A stretch of 15,838 nt of DNA, taken from Thermotogota bacterium. GTDB taxonomy: Bacteria; Bipolaricaulota; Bipolaricaulia; UBA7950; UBA9294. Each line of letters starts with the position of its first letter. Positions within the stretch are counted from its first letter, which is position 1. The translations under genes and the position numbers were made by a program. The stretch lies in assembly GCA_039679545.1 (NCBI GenBank), contig JBDKUT010000049.1, positions 1 to 15,838 of the forward strand, written 5' to 3'. The notes under the pieces were generated by a model that saw only the letters and a list, made by a program, of their open reading frames with translations, searched no databases and was not told the origin of the DNA. Shown in pieces: positions 7,752 through 15,838 of this stretch.

Positions 7752-7987
7752 CGCGCCGCTTCTGCGGCGCGAGGCAGCTCAGCAGGCCGGAGAGGTCCGG
7801 CGAAGGAGGCACATGGTGGCGATGAATTATCGATCTCGGTCCTGTGCCTCGTTGGCCGTGGCCTGCGGAAGCGCGTTCGCCGCACTCTCGCTCTAGAGTC
7901 CGAGGCCGAGAGTCGGCCCCGCGAACCCCTCGCTCAACAAGCACACAGACGGCCAGTGTAGCCCTTCCCTTTCTCGGCTGCACTGCC
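7752..7987 (+). promoter_or_regulatory. Structured 5' leader with alternative hairpins (candidate attenuator)
   Basis: Perfect or near-perfect stems: 7752-7759/7764-7771, 7786-7791/7796-7801, 7806-7813/7843-7850, 7884-7890/7907-7913, 7904-7909/7913-7918, 7905-7911/7972-7978, 7954-7963/7976-7985. Several are mutually exclusive. Confidence 0.5.
7816..7896 (+). CDS. Putative leader peptide (26 aa, MAMNYRSRSCASLAVACGSAFAALSL)
   Basis: Strong SD AAGGAGG (7803-7809) with in-frame ATG 7813, GTG 7816 and ATG 7822. GTG 7816 has the best spacing. TAG at 7894-7896. Lies between the promoter and the GNAT gene. Confidence 0.5.
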   Translation: MAMNYRSRSCASLAVACGSAFAALSL

Positions 7988-8018
7988 ATGCCGAACACCC
8001 AACGCAAAGGACCCTACA

Positions 8019-9047
8019 ATGTCTCAGAACCTCCCAAGAGGATTCGTCATGCGATCGGCTCGAACCTCCGACGCCGAAGCCCTGACTGCCATGTTTAACG
8101 CGGACTCCGAGCGCGTTCTCGGGGTGCGCCTTCACGATCTCGACAACCTGCTTGTCGAGTGGGGAACCCCCGGGTTCGACCTCGACCGCGACACACGCGT
8201 CGTGGCCGCCCCATCGGGCCAGCCGGCGGGATACGCGGAAGTGTGGGACATCGACCCGCCGCACGTCCGGATCTGGGCTTGGGGCTGTGTGAACCCGACG
8301 GAGCGCGGTCGCGGGATCGGCTCGGCGCTCGTCGCGTGGCAGGAAGCACGCGTCCGCATCGCGCTCACCCAGGCCCCTACGGGCGCGCGCGTCAGCGTTC
8401 GACAGATGATCTCAACGCGCGACGAGTCCGGCCTGGAGCTTCTCGATGCGTCCGGATACTCGGCCATCCGCCGCAGCTACACGATGAACGCCGACCTCAA
8501 CGGGTCCGTGCCCGAGCCCGCGTGGCCGAGCGGGATTCGCGTGCGGACCTTTCAGGTGGATCGCGACCTCGTGCCGATGGTCAGGACGATCCGCACCGCG
8601 TTTCGTGACCACTGGGGCTACGTCGAATCGCCCCTCGACGCCGATGTGGCCGATTGGCGGCACGTCATCGAGGAAGAGAAGTCGTTCGACGCGAGTCTCT
8701 GGTTCCTCGCCACGACGGCCGAAGACGAGATCGTCGGCGTCTCCCTCTGCTCCGCGATGGAGCCGGAGGACCCCGACCTCGGTTACGTCAACACGCTCGG
8801 GGTGGTCCGCTCTTGGCGGAGGCGCGGAATCGCCCTCGCGCTCCTGCACCACTCCTTCCGCGAGCTGGGCAAGCGGGGCAAGCGGCGTGTCGCTCTAGGG
8901 GTTGACGCGTCGAGCCTCACCGGTGCCGTTCGCGTCTACGAGCGGGCAGGCATGCACGTCGATCGTGAGCGGATCCTGTACGAGAGGGAACTCCGCCCCG
9001 GCAGGGATCTCACGACGCAAAGCCTAGTGGAAGAGGAGAAGGAGTAG
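8019..9047 (+). CDS. Tandem-domain GNAT N-acetyltransferase (MshD-like architecture)
   Basis: Two acetyl-CoA-binding motif A copies (VNPTERGRGIGSAL; LGVVRSWRRRGIALALL) and C-terminal LGVDASSLTGAVRVYERAGM. SD AAAGGA at 8006-8011. Confidence 0.88.
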   Translation: MSQNLPRGFVMRSARTSDAEALTAMFNADSERVLGVRLHDLDNLLVEWGTPGFDLDRDTRVVAAPSGQPAGYAEVWDIDPPHVRIWAWGCVNPTERGRGIGSALVAWQEARVRIALTQAPTGARVSVRQMISTRDESGLELLDASGYSAIRRSYTMNADLNGSVPEPAWPSGIRVRTFQVDRDLVPMVRTIRTAFRDHWGYVESPLDADVADWRHVIEEEKSFDASLWFLATTAEDEIVGVSLCSAMEPEDPDLGYVNTLGVVRSWRRRGIALALLHHSFRELGKRGKRRVALGVDASSLTGAVRVYERAGMHVDRERILYERELRPGRDLTTQSLVEEEKE

Positions 9048-9051
9048 GGCC

Positions 9052-10833
9052 GTGCGCGCGTCCTGGCGGGAGTACTTCGGCTTCTTGAGGCGCTATCTGC
9101 GCCCCCAGGCGCGTTGGGTCGCAGTGCTCGCCGCTCTGGTGCTCGTCACCATCGGCCTTCGCCTGGCCAACCCCCAGATTCTTCGGCAGTTCATCGATGT
9201 CGCCACATCCGGCGGCCCGCGATCGGAGTTGATCCGGGGAGCACTCCTCTTCTTCGGCATTGCCATCCTCGCGCAACTCGTATCCGTCGCCGCGACCTAC
9301 GTCGGAGAGACGGTGGCTTGGACGGCGACGAACGCGCTCCGCCTCGACCTCCTGCGGCACGCCCTCCATCTCGATCCGACCTTCCACAAGGACCACTCGG
9401 CCGGGCAACTCATCGAGCGAATCGACGGAGACGTCGCAACGTTATCGAACTTCCTGTCGCGCTTCACGATCGACGTGGTCGGGAACGCAATCCTGATCGC
9501 CGGTATCGTGGCGCTTCTGTTCCGCGAGGATTGGCGGATCGGGCTTCCGATTCTGGCGTTCGTCCTCTTCACCGTGTGGATCCTCGGGCGAATCCGAAAG
9601 GTCGCCGTCCCCCATTGGACCGCCTATCGAAAGCAGATGGCCGAGTTCTTCGGCTTCGTCGGTGAGCGGCTTGGCGGGACGGAGGACATCCGGGCGAACG
9701 GCGGCGTGCCCTACGTGATGCGCCGCTTCTTCGACTTGGTCAGAAAGCTGTACCCGGTTCGCCTTCGCTCCGGCATTGCGGGATACGGCATGTGGATGGC
9801 GAACGTCGCCTTATTCACCTTTGGCCAGGCGATCGCCTTCGGCGTCGGAGCAACTCTGTGGAGGGCCTCGATCATCACGCTCGGCACCGTATACCTCGTC
9901 TTCTACTACACCGACCTCCTCCACGGCCCGATCTCCGCGATGCGCGAACAGATCACCGACCTCCAGCGCGCCGAGGCAGGTCTCCGGAGGATCCAGGCAA
10001 TGCTGGGGACACCGTCAAAACTCCAGGACGACGGCCGCGAACTGCTTCCCTCTGGGGCTCTCCCTGTAGCCCTCGACCGAGTGACGTTTGCCTACGAACC
10101 GTCGCAGCCCCAGGGCGGCGCAGCGACCGGTGGAGATCCCATCGTTGCACTACGAAACGTCACTCTTGACGTCCCGACGGGCACGACGTTGGGTCTTCTC
10201 GGCCGCACGGGCAGCGGCAAGTCGACGCTGGCCCGGCTTGTTGCGCGCCTCTACGACTGCCAGGAAGGCACGGTCAAGGTCGGGGAGCGCGACGTGCGGG
10301 ACGTTGGTCTCGACCATCTGCGAACCCGTGTCCGCCTCGTCTCCCAGGAAGTCCAGGTCTTCCGCGCCTCGGTACGGGAGAACGTGAGGCTGTTCGATCC
10401 TTCCGTCTCCGACGAGGCGATCCTCGCGGCGCTCGGCGAGCTGGGTCTGCGCGAGTGGGTCCTCGCTTTGCCCTCCGGACTGGACACCGTGGTCGGTACC
10501 GGCGAGGCCGGGCTCTCGGCCGGACAAGGACAGCTCCTCGCCCTGGCCCGGACATTTCTTGCCGACCCTGCCGTCATCATCCTCGACGAGGCGTCCTCGC
10601 GTCTAGACCCCGCCACGGAGGCACTCTTGGAGCACGCCGTGGACCGCCTGCTCGCCGGTCGCACTGCCATTGTAATCGCTCATCGGCTGTCGACCGTTCG
10701 GCGCGCCGATTCGATCGCCATCCTTGAGGCCGGAGAGGTTCTCGAGCGCGGTGAACGAGAAGCCCTGGCCGGCGATCCGTCGTCTCACCTGTCTCGCCTC
10801 CTGCGGACGGGGATGGAGGAGGTGTTGGTGTGA
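9052..10833 (+). CDS. ABC exporter, fused TMD-NBD half-transporter (subunit 1 of heterodimer)
   Basis: N-terminal hydrophobic helices, Walker A GRTGSGKS, signature LSAGQ, Walker [10 protein letters not shown]-loop IAHR. Confidence 0.93.
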   Translation: MRASWREYFGFLRRYLRPQARWVAVLAALVLVTIGLRLANPQILRQFIDVATSGGPRSELIRGALLFFGIAILAQLVSVAATYVGETVAWTATNALRLDLLRHALHLDPTFHKDHSAGQLIERIDGDVATLSNFLSRFTIDVVGNAILIAGIVALLFREDWRIGLPILAFVLFTVWILGRIRKVAVPHWTAYRKQMAEFFGFVGERLGGTEDIRANGGVPYVMRRFFDLVRKLYPVRLRSGIAGYGMWMANVALFTFGQAIAFGVGATLWRASIITLGTVYLVFYYTDLLHGPISAMREQITDLQRAEAGLRRIQAMLGTPSKLQDDGRELLPSGALPVALDRVTFAYEPSQPQGGAATGGDPIVALRNVTLDVPTGTTLGLLGRTGSGKSTLARLVARLYDCQEGTVKVGERDVRDVGLDHLRTRVRLVSQEVQVFRASVRENVRLFDPSVSDEAILAALGELGLREWVLALPSGLDTVVGTGEAGLSAGQGQLLALARTFLADPAVIILDEASSRLDPATEALLEHAVDRLLAGRTAIVIAHRLSTVRRADSIAILEAGEVLERGEREALAGDPSSHLSRLLRTGMEEVLV

Positions 10834-12617
10834 CGGCCATTCGCGCGTTTCTCAAGCTGATTTACTTCCGTCCCGGGTTGTACGCGGCCAACGCCGCCGC
10901 GTGGATCGCCATCGTCCTCACCGAACTCGGCGCCGGGTACTTGGCGAAGGTGTTCTTCGATACGATCACGGACCAGGCCTCCGCAGGAGTCACGCTGTGG
11001 ACGGTTGTCGCCCTTGTGGTCGCCATGGGCCTCGTCCGCGTGGTGGCGATTTTTGTCGGCGCCCTGATCGACATCCGCCATCGCTTCTCGATCCAGGTCC
11101 TTCTGCGAAGGAACCTCCTCGCCGCGATCCTCGCGAAGCCGGGAGCCCGGGCTCTGCCCGGCGCGGTCGGCGAAGCGCTCAACACCATCCGCGACGACTC
11201 CGAAGCCCTCGAGGACCTTCTGAGCTGGCTGATCGACCAGATCTCTTTTGCTGTCTACGGAGCGGTGGCGCTCGGAATCCTGTTCGCCATCGACGCAAGG
11301 ATCACGTTGATCGTCGTCCTGCCCCTTCTCTTGGTGATCGTCGGCGCGCGCTGGGTTTCGACGCGCGTTCGGCGCTTTCGGGAAGCCAGCCGACGCGCGA
11401 CGGAGCGTGTCACGGGAGCTATTGGCGAGGCGATGGACGGGGTGCAAGCCATCCAGCTCGCGGGAGCCCAAGACCACGTTGTGGCGTACATCGAAGGCCT
11501 CAACCGCGAGCGGCTGCGGGCCACCGTGCGCGACCGTCTTCTGTCTCAATCGTTCCACTCGTTCTTCTGGAATGCCGCGACGCTGACGACCGGACTGATC
11601 CTCTTGGCCGCGGCCGACGGCCTCCGCAGCGGGACGTTCACCGTCGGCGACTTCGCGCTGTTCGTGACGTACGTAGGCGTTGTGACCGAGTTCATGGCCG
11701 CGTTTGGCGATTTTCTCATCCACTTCCAGCAAGCGAGGGTGTCCCTCGAGCGGATGGCGAACCTGATCGGTGGAACCCGCGATGACGTCGTAGCGCGCCA
11801 TCCGATCTACCTCTCCGGCCCCCTCCCGGAGGTCCCCGCCGAGCCGGCGCTCGACGACCCCCTCGAGCGTCTTACCGTGGATCGGCTCTGCGTCGATTGG
11901 CCGCGCGGGGAGCAGGAGGTCGGCTTCTCGGTGCGTGACGCCTCCTTCTCGGTTGACCGCGGCGAGTTCGTCGTCATCGCCGGTCGCATCGGCTCGGGAA
12001 AGACCACGCTCCTGCGGGGGATCCTTGGACTCCTCCCAACAACGTCAGGCCGCGTGTTCTGGAACGGCACCGCTGTGGCCGATCCTTCGACCTTCTTCAT
12101 CCCGCCGCGCTCTGCGTATACCCCCCAGGTTCCCCAGCTGTTCAGCGACTCGTTGCGCGACAACGTACTGCTGGGGCGAGCAGAGGACGAGACCGAACTA
12201 GGCTTCGCTCTCCGCCTTGCGGTTCTCGAGGAGGACGTCACGACGCTCGCCAACGGGCTCGACACCGTTGTCGGAGCGCGCGGCGTCAAGCTTTCAGGAG
12301 GTCAGCGGCAACGGGCCGCGGCCGCCCGGATGTTCGTTCGCGACCCCGACCTCCTCGTGTTCGACGACCTGTCGAGCGCCCTCGACGTCGAGACCGAGAA
12401 GGCCCTCTGGGACCGAACGCTCGCCCGCAAGGATCGGACGTACCTCGTCGTTTCGCACCGTCGCCCGGCACTGCGCCGTGCCGACCGCATCGTGCTTCTC
12501 AAGGACGGGCACGTCGCGGCGGTTGGACCGCTCGACGAACTGCTCGCCTCGAACGAGGAGATGCGCTTCCTTTGGCAGGAGGCCGCCGGCTCTCCAAGGA
12601 ATGGGGGCAGCGCGTAG
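10830..12617 (+). CDS. ABC exporter, fused TMD-NBD half-transporter (subunit 2, degenerate Walker B)
   Basis: GTGA overlap with the previous gene, TM helices, Walker A GRIGSGKT, signature LSGGQ, Walker [12 protein letters not shown] (catalytic Glu replaced by Asp), H-loop VSHR. Confidence 0.93.
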   Translation: MTAIRAFLKLIYFRPGLYAANAAAWIAIVLTELGAGYLAKVFFDTITDQASAGVTLWTVVALVVAMGLVRVVAIFVGALIDIRHRFSIQVLLRRNLLAAILAKPGARALPGAVGEALNTIRDDSEALEDLLSWLIDQISFAVYGAVALGILFAIDARITLIVVLPLLLVIVGARWVSTRVRRFREASRRATERVTGAIGEAMDGVQAIQLAGAQDHVVAYIEGLNRERLRATVRDRLLSQSFHSFFWNAATLTTGLILLAAADGLRSGTFTVGDFALFVTYVGVVTEFMAAFGDFLIHFQQARVSLERMANLIGGTRDDVVARHPIYLSGPLPEVPAEPALDDPLERLTVDRLCVDWPRGEQEVGFSVRDASFSVDRGEFVVIAGRIGSGKTTLLRGILGLLPTTSGRVFWNGTAVADPSTFFIPPRSAYTPQVPQLFSDSLRDNVLLGRAEDETELGFALRLAVLEEDVTTLANGLDTVVGARGVKLSGGQRQRAAAARMFVRDPDLLVFDDLSSALDVETEKALWDRTLARKDRTYLVVSHRRPALRRADRIVLLKDGHVAAVGPLDELLASNEEMRFLWQEAAGSPRNGGSA

Positions 12618-12679
12618 CACGGCTATGGCGACAGCATCAGCGTCCGCTGCTCTGTGATGTACGTTACGCTAGATGGGTA

Positions 12680-12708
12680 TTGACTTTCCGCGATTCGAAG
12701 TGTAGCCT
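12680..12708 (+). promoter_or_regulatory. Putative sigma70-type promoter for the Cys-rich protein/HAD genes
   Basis: TTGACT (12680-12685), 17-nt spacer, TAGCCT (12703-12708). Confidence 0.6.
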
Positions 12709-12759
12709 CGTGGAGCCGGGAAGAGGGTTAGGGGGAAGGACTGCGACCGGGAGGTGCAC

Positions 12760-13542
12760 GTGGATGACACGACGCTGATTGCGGTGTTGGTCGGGGCGCT
12801 TGTTGCCGGCCTGGCCCTTCTCTTCCTCGTAGGGGCCCCGTCGGATGAAGCCGCGGTAGCGCAGCCGGAGGCCGTTTCGACGACGGAAGTCGCTGTGGCC
12901 CCCGACGCCGGTACGTACTGGCAACCGGTAGTGAGCGGCGCGACCCCGACCCCGGCTGCGACGGCCGCTCCGTTCACGTATCCCGTGGGGTACGAGCCTT
13001 CAGGTCCGTGTCCCGCCTGCGCAGCCTCCGTCGCACGATTCACGGCGACAACCTCCACCGAAGTTCTCACAGCGACTCCGGCCCTTGTCGGCGGTTGTGG
13101 CACTCCCATCGAGCCGTGTGGTGCCCTCCCCTGCAGCAAGCCGTCGTGTGGGACTCCGTCATGCGCGGTCAAGCCTTGCGGTGCGCCGTCCTGTGGGACA
13201 GCGGTCCCGACCTGCAACACCGGGTGCGCCGCGGCGCCCTCTTGCGAGCCCGCCTGTGGAGTCCGCCCGCAGATCAATCGAAACATGCCGCTCTGCGTCG
13301 ACGAGTGCTCGTTCATCCAGCTGCACGCGTCCGTGCCCCAGCCCGTATGCCGGAGCATGCGCTTCGAGTGGTCGGCAACGAAGGGCTACTTCCTCGATCC
13401 GGCGGTCGGCGACCCGATGTACTTCGCCCCGACGACGTACTTCCCAAGTGGCGAGGAGGTTTGGGTCACCCTGACCTTGACCGACGCACAGGGGGTCCGC
13501 TACACGGATCAGGTCCAGCTTCACGTGAACAACGTCCGGTAA
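12760..13542 (+). CDS. Hypothetical membrane-anchored Cys/Pro-rich repeat protein with C-terminal Ig/PKD-like beta domain (260 aa)
   Basis: GTG 12760 sits 5 nt after GGGAGG. One N-terminal hydrophobic helix, an Ala/Pro/Thr linker, a CPAC motif and Cys repeats. The C-terminus has alternating beta-strand patterns (FEWSATKG, VWVTLTLTDAQG, DQVQLHV). Confidence 0.72.
   Translation: MDDTTLIAVLVGALVAGLALLFLVGAPSDEAAVAQPEAVSTTEVAVAPDAGTYWQPVVSGATPTPAATAAPFTYPVGYEPSGPCPACAASVARFTATTSTEVLTATPALVGGCGTPIEPCGALPCSKPSCGTPSCAVKPCGAPSCGTAVPTCNTGCAAAPSCEPACGVRPQINRNMPLCVDECSFIQLHASVPQPVCRSMRFEWSATKGYFLDPAVGDPMYFAPTTYFPSGEEVWVTLTLTDAQGVRYTDQVQLHVNNVR
13096..13257 (+). repeat. Degenerate coding repeat, Cys about every 5 residues (CxxPS/CxxxP)
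   Basis: CGTPIEP-CGALP-CSKPS-CGTPS-CAVKP-CGAPS-CGTAVPT-CNTG-CAAAPS-CEPA-C: 11 Cys in 54 codons. Confidence 0.8.
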
Positions 13543-13548
13543 TCGTCG

Positions 13549-14165
13549 ATGCGTCTGCGCGCGGTCCTGTTCGACATGGACGGGACGGTGTTCGATTCCC
13601 GCCTTGACTGGATCGAGCTTCGCCGTTCGATGGGCCTCGTCCCCGATGGACGCCCGATCATGACCCAGCTCGAGGGAGCCTCGGAAGCCGAGCGGGCGCG
13701 CTGCCTCGACATCCTGCACGCCGCGGAGCGAGAGGGAGCAGAGCGAGGGGAGGTCGTCCCCGGGACTTTCGAGCTTCTTGGCGCCCTGCACAACGCCGGA
13801 ATCGCCTGCGCCTTGGTCACGAACAACTCCCGCGTCAGCACGGAGACGGTTCTCGCGAGGCATCCGATGCCCTTCGACCTCGTGATGACGCGCGACGACG
13901 GAGCGATGAAACCCGACCCGAAGGCGCTTCTCCTTCCCCTCGCCCACTTCCGAGTCAGTCCCCGTGACGCACTGGCGATCGGCGACGCGCACCTCGACGC
14001 GCTCGCTGCTCACCAAGCAGGAGTCGCGGAGATTCTCCTTGTCCACCTGCCGGAGTGGATGCGGGCTCTTATTCCGGTCGGCGTGTCGTATCGCGAAGCA
14101 CCCGATCTCATCCAGGCACGCGAGATCATCGAGTCCCTGATCTCGGAGCGGCCTCTTCGGTCTCG

Positions 14166-14169
<4 letters not shown>
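13549..14169 (+). CDS. HAD-superfamily hydrolase (phosphatase, subfamily IA)
   Basis: Motif I FDMDGT, motif II VTNN, motif III KPDP, motif IV IGDAHLD. Its stop overlaps the convergent cysS stop. Confidence 0.9.
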
Positions 14170-15584
<1,415 letters not shown>

Positions 15585-15588
15585 GCCC

Positions 15589-15610
15589 CACCTCCTTATC
15601 GTCGATTATA
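15589..15610 (-). promoter_or_regulatory. cysS -10 box and Shine-Dalgarno
   Basis: On the minus strand: consensus TATAAT (15610-15605), then TAAGGAGGTG (15598-15589) just upstream of ATG 15584. The -35 region is weak (TGGCGG). Confidence 0.65.
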
Positions 15611-15641
15611 GGGACGGAACTGCGTTACCGCCACGACAGGC

Positions 15642-15836
15642 CTAGCGGCGGTCGACGCGCACGACGTAGCGGGAGAGAACGGGGAGAAGCGCGATGCCCG
15701 AAGCGAAGAAGATGCCGCAGATCACCCAGAAGCGGAGCGCGCTCATGTCCATCACGCCGGTCACGTACCGCATCACGTCGGCCATGTACCGCAGGGGCAC
15801 CGCGGCGCTCACGCCACGCAGGAAGGCCGGCATGAT
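15642..15836 (-). CDS. ABC-2 type transporter permease, C-terminal fragment (5'-truncated by window edge)
   Basis: IMPAFLRGVSAAVPLRYMADVMR followed by a final hydrophobic helix resembles the MP..L..IS...PL.Y..D..R pattern of ABC-2 permeases. Confidence 0.65.
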   Translation of the reverse strand: MMPAFLRGVSAAVPLRYMADVMRYVTGVMDMSALRFWVICGIFFASGIALLPVLSRYVVRVDRR

Positions 15837-15838
15837 CT

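Noticed and set aside
7708..7812. 62-aa version of the leader ORF
   Set aside because: It begins inside the predicted promoter with no SD. Only the part downstream of AAGGAGG is plausible.
7781..7900. Resemblance to SRP RNA (AGGTCCGGCGAAGGAGGCA) or a tmRNA tag (...AFAALSL)
   Set aside because: It lacks the GNRA tetraloop and CAGG/AGCA symmetric loop of SRP, and has no tRNA-like ends for tmRNA. An Rfam/Infernal search would settle it.
7951..7990. Intrinsic terminator call for the 10-bp hairpin
   Set aside because: No U-tract follows on either strand, so it is kept only as part of the leader structure.
8019..9047. Naming the GNAT mshD
   Set aside because: Only the tandem-GNAT architecture is shared, and there is no mycothiol pathway context.
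12653..12668. CRP/FNR-like site TGTGA-N6-TTACG
   Set aside because: The second half-site is a poor match and the distance to the promoter fits neither standard activation class.

Overview
High-GC bacterial chromosomal window, mostly housekeeping, with no mobile element, CRISPR array, rRNA or tRNA seen. Order: 3' end of tig, clpP (no clpX after it), a DUF763 gene coupled to a pseudo-receiver/DUF3052 fusion, two tandem isochorismatase-family cysteine hydrolases (the first with a signal peptide), a minus-strand gatE-gatD operon, a structured leader with a short ORF ahead of a tandem-GNAT plus heterodimeric ABC exporter operon, a membrane-anchored Cys-rich repeat protein, a HAD hydrolase, cysS (minus) and the 3' end of an ABC-2 permease. 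The main surprise is a complete GatDE Glu-tRNA(Gln) amidotransferase, textbook archaea-specific, in a clearly bacterial context with bacterial expression signals. Next are a candidate leader-peptide attenuator controlling the GNAT/ABC operon, a Cys-pentapeptide-repeat surface protein, and a CysRS whose KMSKS motif reads EMHKS. All family calls come from motif recognition by eye, not database searches.
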